64,000 nt of DNA from the human T2T-CHM13v2.0 reference genome, Homo sapiens (GCF_009914755.1 NC_060943.1), one strand, 5' to 3'. Positions 40,255-60,068 are shown, counted from the stretch's first letter. A program made the numbers and translations. The notes: generated by a model from the sequence alone, not told the origin.

Positions 40255-40681
40255 TGATCTGCCTGCCTAGGCCTCCCAAAGTGCTGGGATTACAGGCATG
40301 AGCCAGTGCGCCTGGCAAAAATCCACAAACTATTTCAAGGAGAGGGGAAACCAAGATGTTCTGAGTGGGTAGAGGAAGAAGGTGAGGATGGAGCTGAGCT
40401 GGACCCTGGATGAGGGCATTTCAGGAAAATCTGAGCCCCAAAAAATGACCCCGGTGGACACACTCTCCCCAGTGCTGCAGACACTGCAATAACCAAATAT
40501 CTAGCTAGTCATGTGAAATCTTCAGAGTTAACAAAAATTCCCTAAGATGTTGACAATTTAATTAAAACATTTCTAATCTACTTAAAAAAAAAGGTTAACT
40601 GACACATATTGTATATATTTACAGAGTACAATGTGATATTTTGATCCGTGAACACATTGTAGACAGATTAAATCAAGCTAA

Positions 40682-40987
<306 letters not shown>

Positions 40988-41689
40988 TAAATCAAGCTAA
41001 TTAACATATCTATCACATCACCTACTTAGCACTTTTTGGGGAGACGAGAATGTTTAAAATAGGCTCTATTAGGCTGGACGAGGTGGCTCATGCCTGTAAT
41101 CCTAGCGCTTTGTGGGGCTGAGGTGGGTGGATAGCTTGAGCCCAGGAGTTTGAGACAAGCTAGGGAAACACAGTAAAACCCCAACTCTACAAAAAATACA
41201 AAAATTAGCCCAGCATGGTAGCTCACACCTGTAATCCCAGCACTTTGGGAGGCCAAGGCGGGTGGATCACCTGAGGTCGGGAGTTCAAGAACAGCCTGAC
41301 CAACATGGAGAAACCCTGTCTCTACTAAAAATACAAAATTAGCCAGGTGTGGTGGTACATACCTGTTAATTCCAGCTACTCAGGAGGCTGAGGCAGGAGA
41401 ATCGCTTGAACCCAGGAGGCAAAGGTTGCGGTGACCGAGATTGCGCCATTGCACTCCAGCCTGGGCAATAAGAATGAAACTCAAACTCAAAAAAAAAAAA
41501 AAATACAAAAATTAGCCAGGTCTGGTGGCATGCACCTGTAGTCCCAGCTACTCAGGAGGCTGAGGCAGGAGGATCACCTGAACCAGGGAGGGAGAGGTAG
41601 CAGTGAGCTATGATCACACCACTGCACACCAGCTTGGGGGACAGAGTGAGACCCTGTCTCAAAAAAAAAAGGCTTTGTTAGCAATATTT

Positions 41690-43340
<1,651 letters not shown>

Positions 43341-44526
43341 CTCTCTAGATTTATTTATGTATTTACTTATTGAGACAGAGTTTCACTCTCCTTGCCCAGG
43401 CTGGAGTGCAATGGCATGATCTTGGCTCACTGCAACCTCCACCTGTAATCCTAGCACTTTGGGAGGCCAAGGGGAGCAGATCACCTGAGGTTGGGCGTTC
43501 GGGACCAGCCTGACCAACATGGAGAAACTCCATTTCTACTAAAAATACAAAATTAGCCAGGCATGGTCATGCATGCCTGTAATCCCAGCTACTTGGGAGG
43601 CTGAGGCAGGAGAAACGCTTCAACCCGGAAGGCAGAGGTTGCGGTGAGCCAAGATCTCACCATTGTACTCCAGCCTAGGCAACAAGAGTGAAACTCTGTC
43701 TCAAAAAAAAAAAAAAAAAGAGATGGGGTCTTGCTATGTTGCCCAGGCTGGAGTGCAGTGGCTATCCACAAGCAATCATCACAAACTACAGCCTCTAACT
43801 TCTGAGCTCAAGTGATTCTCCCACCTCAGCTTCCAAAGTAGCTAAGACTACAGGCACATGCCACGACCTGCAGCTGCATAGACTTTTTTACAACCTTTAT
43901 CTTCTTGATTTTCTGCCTTGGCAAGGGCAGAAGCCCTGACCACATTGTTTACTGTACATCCCATGGTGTTTGACACAGGTGTTACCACCCAGCAGGTGCT
44001 CAATAAATATTTGCCAAACAAGCGAAGGAATGAATGAAGGAAGTTAGTGTCCACAAGACAGGTCTGCTTCACTCTTTGAGTTCGGAAACAAAGCAGATGA
44101 CAGGAGCTGGTGGCACGTACACTCCCAAATGTCCAGTGCCAACACCTTGCCCTGCTCTTACTGGCTGGCCAGGCGGGAGCTGACTCGTACTTCCTCCAGC
44201 TCCCCAGCAGAAGCTGTATGGCACTTCCCAGCTGCTGGGAGGACCCCTTCTCATTGCACAGTTGGCCTCATGACAGCCTCGCCCTACTGCTCTTCATGGT
44301 CTCCTGGGCACACCTGTGGTGTTAGCCAGCTCAGGTAACATCATGACCAGCTGCTAATCTCAAGTGTTCACAGAAGCAGCTGAGAAGGACAGCAAGGAAG
44401 CGTTCCCGTGAGGCCAGACTGGGAAAGCCCAGAAGGCTGAGGTGCACTGAGCTCTCCTGAAATATGTAAAGAGCACATTTGGCTCTAGGAGGTAGTGACT
44501 TAGAGGGTCTTCAGCAAATGACTTAA

Positions 44527-44718
<192 letters not shown>

Positions 44719-44721
44719 TGA

Positions 44722-44910
<189 letters not shown>

Positions 44911-45486
44911 TGAAACAGGGTCTTGCTCTGTCACCCAGGCTGGAGTGGAGTGTAGTGACGCGATCTTGGCTCACTGCAACCTCTGCCTCCCAGGCTCAAC
45001 CCATCCTCCCAAGTAGCTGGAACTACAGGAACCCTCCACCAAGCCTGGCTAATTTTTTTGTAGAGATGGGGTTTTACCATTTTGCCCAGGGTGGTCTTGA
45101 ACTCCTGGGCTCAGGCAATCTGCCTTGGCCTCCCAAAGCACTGGGATTACAGGTGTGAGCCACCATACCTGGCCAATGTGCTATATCATTAAATGCTCTT
45201 AGAGCCACATTGAACAGATGAGCTGCTGAGAACCAATGGGTTCAGCAATGTGTTCACAACCAAGGGTTCAAATCCAGAACTCTGAAGTCAGAGATGTACA
45301 AGAATAACCACTGGCCTCCCTGTCCCTCCCTACCTTACATGTGCCTTGCTCTGGGACAGACCCTGGAAACGCTCTAAAGCAGCTCTTATGGTGGAAATGC
45401 AACGCAAGCCATATATGTGTTTTAAAACTTTCTAGCAGCCCCTCCCCACACACACACATAAAAAGAAACAAATGAAAATCACGTTA

Positions 45487-45729
<243 letters not shown>

Positions 45730-45733
45730 TTAG

Positions 45734-45940
<207 letters not shown>

Positions 45941-45943
45941 TGA

Positions 45944-46198
<255 letters not shown>

Positions 46199-46213
46199 TA
46201 GTAATTCATTTTA

Positions 46214-46759
<546 letters not shown>

Positions 46760-46770
46760 TCAAGAGATCA

Positions 46771-47036
<266 letters not shown>

Positions 47037-47366
47037 TCATGTGGACGCCATCTTTGCTGGGTAACTCCTCACTGCAGCTTAAATTTCACTAGCAGAGAAA
47101 CTCCTGATTCCCTCCCCTAGGTTCACCCTACCTGCCTGAATGCTACATACTTCCCCCATCCTCCACATCATCCTGTTTTATTGTGATACTTTGTTTCAAA
47201 CTTGTCTTCACTAGTTGACTCTAAACTGCGTGAAGCTGCAACCAATTTGCCCATCCTCTGGCATCAGGCACAGTTTCAACGTCTACTAGACCAATAAAGA
47301 ATCAAAGACATTTAAACACTGGCAGGGCCAATGTCTAGTTAGAAGATTAAAAAGGCAAGGACTTAC

Positions 47367-47798
47367 TGTCTCCGGTCCTGGTGTGGGAATGTGGCTGGTG
47401 CCTCAGCCCTGAGTGTGCAGGATGTGACTGCTCAGTGGGCACGGGATACACTGGGATCCTGGGGCCTCCAGGGTCCCATCCCTGGCCTCTGGCGTCCAGC
47501 CTCCAGGAAGTCATAGGACCCTCTGACCTCGCAGGTGACCTTGAAGGAACTGGGCTGAATGCTGCCCTTCTGATCAGCTTTCTCTTGTTTGGCTGCCTCT
47601 TGGTGTCCACAGAAGCATCATTCATGTTCCTGACTCTGGACAGTGAGCGTGTCCCCAGGGTTCTCCCACAGGAGATGGGCATATCAGGGCACAGGTCTTC
47701 TGCAGAAGGCTGAGATGTGGGTACATGGTGACCACCCAGGATTTCTGTGGCTGCAACCAGGCTTAGCAGGGCTCTGGTGTCCAGATGAGTAATTCCTC
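47367..47798 (-). CDS. Candidate 432-nt symmetric phase-1 coding exon (GITHLDTRALLSLVAATEILGGHHVPTSQPSAEDLCPDMPISCG...HSHTRTGD); possible far-upstream alternative MUC16 exon or exon of a separate gene
   Basis: Long pyrimidine tract ctcctctctctcctctccccAG|GAG (AG at 47800-47799) and donor ACA|GTAAGT (plus acttac, 47361-47366). Length 432 = 144 codons with no stop in the phase-1 frame. Non-repetitive sequence. Confidence 0.6.
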
Positions 47799-48130
47799 CT
47801 GGGGAGAGGAGAGAGAGGAGACAGGATCAGTGTTACCTCTTCAGTGATTTAGAAAACTCAGAGCCATAAGTATACTTCAGAAGAGGCAATCCTCTATAAG
47901 TGCTCCCTGAATAAGACCCCAAATTGCAAACAAACCTTGCAAACAAAGAGCTAGTCTAGGCCGGGCGCGGTGGCTCACCCCTGTAATCCCAGCACTTTGG
48001 GAGGCCGAGGCGGGTGGATCACCTGAGGTCAGGAGCTCGAGACCAGCCTGGCCAACATGGTGAAACCCCCCTTCTACTAAAAATACAAAAATTAGCTGGG
48101 CATGGTAGTGGGTACCTGTAATCTCAGCTA

Positions 48131-48256
<126 letters not shown>

Positions 48257-48599
48257 CTAGTCTAGTGCTAATCTGTCCAATTCTGGAAGCTACAATAATA
48301 AAAATTGAAAATAGCAGTCCTACTATTTATGGAGTCACCAGTGTATGCCAGCATTGACCATGCTTCCTCCCAATCTTTTTGACAACTCTTGTCAATATTG
48401 GTAAAGTTTATAGCAGTATCCCTCAAGGTTTGATTCACATAGGAATCATTTGTTAAAATGCAGTTTCTGATACGGAAGATCCTGCGGAGATTCTTCATGT
48501 CTAACAAGACCCCAGGTGACCATTCTGCTTCACTTCACAGACCTCGCAGAGAGTTCAAGTGGATGTATTTGGGCAAACTGAGCATTTAGTGACTATTTG

Positions 48600-48975
48600 C
48601 TGGATGAATGAATGGATGGGTGGATGAGTGGACAGACGATAGATGGATGTATGAGCAGATAGATGGATTGATGAGTGGATGGATGGGTGGGTGGGTGGAT
48701 GGGTGGAGGAATGAATGGGTGAATAGATGGATGAATAGAAGATGGATGGATTAATGAAAGATGGCTGCATGGATGGAAGAAGGGGTTGGTGGGTGAGTGC
48801 ATGAATGGATAGATGGATGAGTGGATGAATGCATGGATGAGTGGATGAATGAATGGATCGGTGAATGGATGAATGGGTGGGTGGGTGGATGCAGGAATGA
48901 GTGGGTGAATAGATGAATAGAAGATGGATAGATGAATGAAAGATAGTCATCTTTATTAAATATCGGATGAATGAA
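48600..48975. repeat. (GGAT/GAAT)n degenerate tetranucleotide repeat
   Basis: Direct reading of the sequence. Confidence 0.92.
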
Positions 48976-48999
48976 AGAGGCAAGTTCCCCCATAAGCCT

Positions 49000-50370
49000 C
49001 TGAAATGTGGTTATTAGAAAATAATTGTGTCCTGGAAGCCAGCTCAGGGCCAGGCACATCATAGGTTCTTAGAAATAAACAAGCACCTTGGCACTTGAAA
49101 AAAATGTCCAAGGCATGAAGGTTATTCTCACATTTTTCTCTTCTCTCCTAAAGCAAGTTGTAAGACTCTCATGTGAGAGCAGCCCTCCCTATCCCGGGAG
49201 GAGAGGAACATCTTATCTCTGAAGACACAGGACACAGAGAAGAATCTGAACAAACAGGCCTGGCTAAGTTCCCCCAGTTTACTGGCAGAAGATCCTTTCT
49301 TTTTTTTTTTTTTTTTGTTTAACCCAATCCTACTTCTCTATGACTATCCACCTCTTTATCAGACCTAGCATAAAAAATTACACAGGTTGGCCAGGCGCGG
49401 TGACTCACCTGTAATTCCAGCATTTTGGGAGGCCAAGGCAGGTGGATCATTTGAGGTCAGGAGTTTGAGACCAGCCTGGCCAACATGGTGAAACCCCATC
49501 TCTACTAAAAATACACAAATTAGTCAGTGATTACAGGCATCTCAGCCCTTTTAGATCATGCTCACCAAGCATCCTCCCTGGCCACTGCATGGTTTCAATA
49601 ACCTCCCACGCACTTGTAACATCCAAACCTATAACTCCAGCCCCGCTCCAGAATCAAATACTCAGCTACCCTGTGGAGATAGCTGACCGACTCCAAGCCT
49701 AATATGGGTGTGACAGAGCCGATCACTGCTCTAGGTGCCGCTTTTCCTCTCTTGCTGAATGATTCCAACATCCACTTATTTGCCCCAAACTCCTAGAGAT
49801 TACTCCATCTTCTTCCCTCATCCTCAGCCCCAAATACTATATTTCCTTCATATAACACCTGCTGTCATTTACGGTAATCACTAACTGGAGCCCCTACCCC
49901 CCAATAACCTTAGAGCTCTGCAAACAAACAGATGTGGGGAACCAGACTACGCCACCCCAAAATATGCCCCTTTAGCATAAGGACTGTTGAACTGAAGGCA
50001 ATTAAGAAGTGGGCATGGGCTGGACGCAGTGGCTCATGCCTGTAATCCCAGCACTTTGGGAAGCCAAGAGGGTGGATCACTTGAGGTCAGGAGTTCGAGA
50101 CCAGCCTGGCCAACATGGTGAAACCCCGTCTCTACTAATAATATAAAAATTAGCCAGGCATGGTGGTAGGCTCCTATAATCCCAGCTACTCGGGAGGTTG
50201 AGGCACAAGAATTCCTTAAACCCGGGAGGTGGGAGTTGTAGTGAGCCAAGACTGCACCATGGCACTCCAGGCTAGAGTGAGACTCTTTCTCAAGAGAAAA
50301 AAAAAAGTGGGTGCAGAAAGGCTCTCTATCCTCTTTCCATTTGCCCAAAAGCAAATAGAGACACAGGACA
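49000..50370 (+). mobile_element. MER34/MER39-like ERV1 LTR fragments
   Basis: gaagaatctgaacaaacaggcctggctaagttccccc (49240-49275) and the LTR start tgtggggaaccagactacgccaccccaaaatatgcc (~49933). Confidence 0.6.
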
Positions 50371-50399
50371 GAGAGCTGACTGTACTTGGAAATTGCTAA

Positions 50400-50737
<338 letters not shown>

Positions 50738-50856
50738 TAAGCCACCGTGCCCAGCCAGTAATATGTATGTTAATTAGCTCAATTTACTCATTCCACAATG
50801 TATACAAATTTCAAAACATCATCTTGTATATCATAAATATATACAATGCTTTGTCA

Positions 50857-51300
<444 letters not shown>

Positions 51301-51409
51301 TCACATATTTCCACACTGGGTACTGCTATCTTGTAAGTATCCACATTTTACAAAGAATAAGATTGAAGACACAGAGAGGCTAAGCTCCCAGTGTAACACA
51401 GCTGATTAG

Positions 51410-51482
51410 TAGCACAGCTGAGACTTAAACCCAGACCACGTGGTTTCAAAGTCAGAGGACCTAGCCACTAGGCTACACTGCT
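51410..51482 (-). pseudogene. tRNA-Gln(TTG)-like sequence that is the tRNA-derived head of a MIR SINE (possibly the locus annotated TRQ-TTG8-1)
   Basis: AGCAGTGTAGCCTAGTGGCTAGGTCCTCTGACTTTGAAACCACGTGGTCTGGGTTTAAGTCTCAGCTGTGCTA (73 nt). A-box-like D-arm, CTTTGAA loop, paired T-arm CTGGG/CTCAG, but mismatched acceptor and anticodon stems. It runs straight into MIR core sequence (...gcctctctgtgtcttcaatc...tgtaaaatg). Confidence 0.65.
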
Positions 51483-52524
51483 GAATGCTGTTGCCTCCAT
51501 ATGCTTCATCCATTATTGTGGGAAGGGGTAACTGAGGATCAGATACCTGCTCCCCAAGGAAGCCCTTTCACCTCGATTGTCCACCCTGGACAGGAGTTGA
51601 GCAACATGTTTGGACTTGTCTGCCTCTCCCCTGCAGATTCTCAACCAGGGCTGATGTCAATCTTCTTCATTCACATCACACAAGCAAAAGGAAACTATTT
51701 GTGAGTGTCAGGTGGAAGAAAAAGTAAGGTGTGGAACAAAAAACAATTGTATTTCTGGATGGTTGCGTTTCAAATAAACGAAACTCACTCTCTGTGAGTG
51801 TGGCCCGAGGGACAGAACCAGGGTCACCACCCGGCTTCCAGAAACACCTATTTCCAGCAGAAGCGCCCTCAACGGATCAGGGTCACTGGGACTCAAGACC
51901 TGGCCCCTTCCTAGGACTTTAGGGGCTGGCCTCCCAGGGAGAAGATAGAAGAGGAAGGTGAGCTCTTTTCTTTGTCTTTTTTTAGAACACTTCTATCTGG
52001 AGCCACACGCCCCTGTCACTAACGCCACACCGACCCACAGTCAGAGTTACTCATGGTCAGACTCACCCTAAACCTATCATACACGCCCAGATGCAGCCAT
52101 TCCCAAGCCCTTACCCACCGCTGGTATGCTCCCTCAGGGACGTGCAGCCTCAGAGATATACTTCAACAGCATCTTCACACAACCCCCCGACCCTCTGAGA
52201 CCCACCTGCTTACAAACATACAACCAGTTATTTGGCCCTACAACAGCATCATTTTCTTTTCTTTCCTTTTCTTTTAATTTAATAATTGCAAGGGAGCTTC
52301 GTAGTTCTGTTTCTGGTCACATATTCCCTTGCAAATCATGCCATAAAGGCTGGGTGCGGTGGCTCACGCCTGTAATCCCAGCATTTTGGGAGGCTGAGGC
52401 AGGTGGATCACGAGGTCAGGAGTTCAAGACCAGCCTGGCCAACAAGGTGAAACCCCGTCTCTACTAAAAACTACAAAAAAATTAGCTGGGTGCGGTGGCA
52501 GGTGCCTGTAATCCCAGCTACTCA

Positions 52525-52686
<162 letters not shown>

Positions 52687-53404
52687 TCATGCTGTCGTCA
52701 TGCCTGTAACCCTGCACTTTGAGAGGTCGAGGCGGGTGGATCGCTTGAGCACAGGGGTTCGAGACCAGCCCAGGCAACATATGGAGACCTTGTCTATACA
52801 AAAATACAAAAATTATCTGGGGGTGGTGTCGCGTGCCTGTAGTCCCAGCTACTCAAGAGGCTGAGGCAGGAGGATCGCTTGAGGTCAGGAGGTCCAGGCT
52901 GCAGTGAGCTGAGATCACACCACCGCACTCTAGCTTGAGTGACAGCCTCTCGAGTAGCTGGGACTACAGTTGCGTAACACCACACCCAGCTAATTTTTCT
53001 ATTTTTGTAGAGACGGGGTCTCCCCATGTTGCCCAGGCTGGTCTTGAACTCCTGGGTTCAAGCAATCCACTCTCCTTGGCCTCCCAAAGTGCTGGGATTA
53101 CAGGTCTGAGGATGGCATCAAGGGAATACATGACTAGAAACAGACCTCCAAACCTCCCTTGCAATGATTAAATCTACCCTCCACATTGCAAGTCACCCCT
53201 TTATAGGATAAAAGCTTTAAGGAAACATGACCGGGCGCGGTGGCTCACACCTGAAATCCCAGCACTTAGGGAGGTCAAGGTGGGTGGATCACCTGAGGTC
53301 AGGAGTTTGAGACCAGCCTAGCCAACATGATGAAACCCCACCTCTATTAAAAATAAAAAACTTAGGCAGGCATGGTGGCACACACCTGTAGTCCCAGCTA
53401 CTCA

Positions 53405-53542
<138 letters not shown>

Positions 53543-54835
53543 TTATTTTCTCACATAATTCGTGTGAGCCAGGAGTTGAAGGGCAGCTTAGATGGGTGCT
53601 TAGTGGCTTTCAAGAGGTTGAAGTCAAATGTCCTCTGGGGCTGCAGTCATCTGAAGGCTTGATGTGGGCTGGAGGATCCAGTTCCAAGGTGGCTCATTCA
53701 TTTGCTTGGCAAATTAGTGCTGGTTGTGGGCAGAAAACCTCAGTTCATTGCCATGTAGGCCTCTCTATAGAGCTGCTTGAGTATCCTGGTGACAATATGG
53801 AAGCAGTCATGTCTTTTATGATGTAAATTAGTGCCAGGAGCTGGGCACGGTGGCTCACTCCTGTAATCCCAGCACTTTGGGAAACCGAGGCGGGCAGATT
53901 GCTTGAGTTGGAGACAAGCTTGGGCAACATGGCGAAACCCCACCCCTACAAAAGATACAAACATTAGCCAGGCTTGGTGGCGTGCACCTGTAGTCCCAGC
54001 TACTCTGGAGGCTGAGGCAGGAGGATTACCTGGGAACCTGGGAGGCGGAGGTTGCAGTGAGCCAAGATCCCAGCACTACACTCCAGCCTGGGTGACAGAG
54101 GGAGACTTCATCTCAATCGATCAATAAATAAATTAGGTACAGGTGTGGACGATGGTCCTCAGGTATTATACCTTAAACACCTTGAGTACGACTTCTCTTG
54201 ATCTAAAGACCAATAAATTTGCCTTCACTCACTCTTCTTTCTTTTTGAAGTTCCGGGCTTCTCTTTGATATCATTTCCCTTCAGCCTCAATAACTCTCTT
54301 TACTGTTTCTTTTAGAGCAATTCTGTTGATGATGACTTCTTTTCATTTTCTTTTACCTATTTATTTTACTATTGTTCCTCCTAGATATTTTCACTGGTAT
54401 AGAATTCTTAGTGAATCGTCATGTTCTCTCAGCATTTTAGAAACATTGTTCCATTGTGTTCTAGAGTCCATGGTTTCCAGTGAGAAATCCAGTCATTCAA
54501 ATCATTGTTTGCTAGAGGGTGTTTGGTGTTTGGTGTTTTTCTTTTTTTTAAGAGATGGGGTCTCGCTATGTTGCCCAGGCTGGACTCAAACTCTTGGGCT
54601 CAAGCGATCCTCCTATCTCAGCTACCCAAATAGCTGAAACTACGGACATGTACTGCGTTATTAATTCAAGCCTCTGCATTTTGGGGTCGTTTCTTCTATA
54701 ACAATAGATAACTGGGACAGGCGCAGTGGCTCACGCCTGTAATCCCAACACTTTGGGATGCCAAGGTAGGCAGATCGCCTGAGGTCGGGAGTTCAAGAAG
54801 AGCCTGACCAACATGGAGAAACCCCATCTCTACTA

Positions 54836-55126
<291 letters not shown>

Positions 55127-55380
55127 TCAAAAAAAAAAAAAAAAAAAAAAGTGTGGGGATTACAGGCAGAGCCACCATGCCTGCTGTCTGTGTCTGTTTT
55201 GTTGAGCCACCAACAGGCTGTTAACTTGAGTACATTTCTTCTGCTCTCTGACTTAGTGTACTCATCTGGAAAATGGGGGTGAATGTGCTCCCACACTGCT
55301 GAGCTGTAGAGGGCCTTAAATGAGTTAATCTCTCCCTGAAATCTCTCTGTGAATGGCCCAACCGTAATCAGATTCCGTAA

Positions 55381-56166
<786 letters not shown>

Positions 56167-56242
56167 TGACCGAGAGAAAGTAACACTCACTGTTTCCTCT
56201 CTTCCAGACCCTTCCGAAAATTCTAATTCCAGAAAGCTCATC

Positions 56243-56432
56243 TTATAAACCAAAAATAAAATTCTAAGCCCCCTAACCGACTTCATAGACCCCTCTTTTG
56301 GCCAAGAGGATCCCAAAGGAACCTGAAAAACTAGTTCAGCCCATGATAAGGAGAGGATTTGGACATCCCTCATTGTACCCCTCCCTTTGGAGTTTAAGCA
56401 CAACTGACTAGCATTAACATTAAAACAGAGGC
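56243..56432 (+). mobile_element. MER4-group LTR 5' fragment
   Basis: taaaccaaaaataaaattctaagccccctaaccgac...ggccaagaggatcccaaaggaacctgaaaaactagttcag...agcattaacattaaaacagag. Confidence 0.7.
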
Positions 56433-56478
56433 CCAGAGAGTTGGCCAATATATTGTCTTTTTGTTTGTTTGTTTTTGA

Positions 56479-56765
<287 letters not shown>

Positions 56766-58222
56766 TAACGGAGCCCCTGGCAAATTCAAAAACTGTTTTG
56801 CTCTCTGTCTGCAAGTCTCCCTGGCAGATCCCTCAGTTATATTCGTACCCACCCCTTGAATGCTGTGGCTTCCAGAGATCCACCGGAACACCAAAGACTT
56901 CCATTCTCAACCACCTGAATCTCCGGAATCCCCTGCACCCACCTCCTCTCCCAGTGTTTCACGAATCAGCTAATCCTTCAAGGTCTTTAAAATGTATCCA
57001 CGTCTTCCTCCTGGATTATTGCCTCCTGATAGCCTCTCTGATTTCTTTCCACCTTGTGCCCTAACAGTCTGCTCTTTGTACAGCAGCCAGAAGGAGGCTG
57101 TGAAAAATAAGAGTCAAAGCATGGGCTGGGCGTGGTGGCTCATGCCTGTAATCCCAGCACTTTGGGAGGCCATGGCAAGAGGACTGCTTAGGCCCAGGAG
57201 TTCAAGATAAACTTAGGCAACATAGCGAGACCCTGTCTCTACAAAAAAAAAAAAAATTAAAATAGGCCAGGCGCAGTGGCTCATGCCTATAATCCTAGCA
57301 CTATGGGAAGCAGAGGCAGGCAGATCACCTGAGTTCAGGAGTTCAAGACCAGCCTGGCCACCATGGTGAAACTTTGTCTCTACAAAAATACAAAAATTAG
57401 CTGGGCATGATGACGGGTGCCTGTAATCCCAGCTACTCAGGAGGCTGAGGCAGGAAAATCACTTAAACCCAAGAGGTGGAGGTTGCAGTGAGCTGAGATC
57501 ATGCCATTGAACTCTAGCCTGGGCAACAGAGCAAGACTCCATCTCAAAAATAAAATAAAATAAAAAATGAGCCAGGTATGGTAGTGCACACCTGTAGTCC
57601 CAGGTACTTGGGAAACTGAGGCAGGAGGATCACTTGAGCCCAGGAGGTTGAGGTTGCAGTGAGCTGTGATCAGCCACTGCACTGCAGCCTGGGGCACAGA
57701 GCAAGACCCTGTCCAAAAAAAAAGAAAAAGAAAATGATAGACCAGAGCTTAATGTCTTTCCATGGTTCTGCATATATGTCAGAGTCAAAACTAAATTCCC
57801 TCCAAGGACCTATTGGTTTGTCCCTGCCCTTATGTCCCTCCCCAGATTCCTTCTCTCCCACCTCGTTCACTCTGTTTCAGCTGCTCTGGTTTACTTGCTG
57901 TTTCTCAAACTCACTCCTGCCTCAAGTCCCTTGCATTTCCTGGAACATCCTTCCACCTACCCAAATACCTAAATAGTTCCATCCTCACTTCATTAAGTCC
58001 TCTGCTCAGATGTCACCTCTTCAAAGACTGTGCTACCTCACCCCTGAACCCTGACACCCACTACCTCTCTTGACATTGTAGGTGCTCAGTAATGTTTGTG
58101 GGATGAAAACATGATGGAAAAGAGCTTCTGCTCAAAGCTTTTTCTCCTTTTTTCTTTCTCTCCTTCCTTCCTTCTTTCCTTCCTTCCTGTTTTTTTTTTT
58201 CTTTTTCTTTTTTTTTTTTTGA

Positions 58223-58382
<160 letters not shown>

Positions 58383-59660
58383 TAGTAGAGACGGGGTTTC
58401 ACCATGTTGGTCAGGCTGGTCTCAAACTCCTGACCTCAGGTGATTCATCCTCCTCGGCCTCCCAAAGTGCTGGGATTGCAGGCATGAGCCACCACGCCTG
58501 GCCCTTCCTTCCTTCATTCCTTCCTTCCTCCCTCCCTTCCTTCTTTCTTTCTCTTTCTTTCATCTTCCTTCCTTCTCTTTCTTTCTCCCTTTCTCCTTCC
58601 TTCCTTCTTTTCCGTCCTTCCTTCTCTTTCTTTTTCTCTTTCTCCTTCCTTCCTTCCTTCCTCCCTGCCTCCCTCCCTCCCTCTTTTTCTCTCTCTTTCT
58701 CTCTTTCTTTCTTCCTTGTTTTGCCATGTTGCCCAGGCTGCTCTTGAACTTCTGGGCTCAAGGGATCCTCCCAGCTCAGCCTCCCAAGTAGCTAAGACTA
58801 TAGGCACGTACAACCATGCCTAGCTAATGTTTTGTATTTTTAGTAGAAATGGGGTTTTCCCATGTTGCCCAGGCTGGTCTTGAGCTCCTGGACTCCTGGA
58901 CTCAAGTACTCTTCCCACCTCTGCCTCCAAAAGTGCTAGGGTTACAGGTGAGAGCCACTGCGCCTGGCCCTCTCTCTCTCATCTCAGATTTTTCTCTCCA
59001 CCTTAGCCACTCCCAGATGTTCTCCTCACTCCTGTCTCCTTCCGTTGAAAAACCACCCTCAAGCTACTGGTGGATGAAGGGTGTGGACCACCCCACCCCT
59101 GGATCAAACCCCCAAGCCCCACCTCTATCACCCACAGCTATATTTCCTTGAGCAAGTTGCTTAATCTCTCCAAGCCTCAGTTTCCTCAACTACAAAACAT
59201 ATACAAATAGAAAGTGATACATGACTGCTTCATTGTAGTAACCATTGCACCATCTGCGTGTATCCCACAATGTCATGTAGCAAACAACAAAAATTATTAA
59301 AAAGAAAAAAAGACGATCTGATCTCACAGATCTGTTAAGAGGATTAAATGGGATTATTCATGTAAAGCTCTCCATTTGTGATGTCATAGTGTAAATATCA
59401 AATTAACGGTGGAACGAGCTGTTGTAATCAATTCTTATCTAAATACGACCAATAATAACAATGCTTAATGTGATTATTACTAACCATAGTTGTATTTCCT
59501 CTTATATTAACCTCTTAGTCTCTCCTTACCATATTATAGATCATCAATAAATATTTATTGAATGAACGATTGAATGAATGGTTATTGAATTTTTGTAAGG
59601 AGGAAAAGATCACGGACTTCTTATAAAAAATATAAAAGTCAGTCCAGACGCGATGGCTCA

Positions 59661-60068
<408 letters not shown>

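Noticed and set aside
48555-49062. His/Pro/Ser/Ile-rich ORFs that look mucin-like
   Set aside because: Translations of the (ATCC)n simple repeat.
51410-51482. Functional tRNA-Gln gene
   Set aside because: Acceptor and anticodon stems are mismatched and the sequence is embedded in a MIR.
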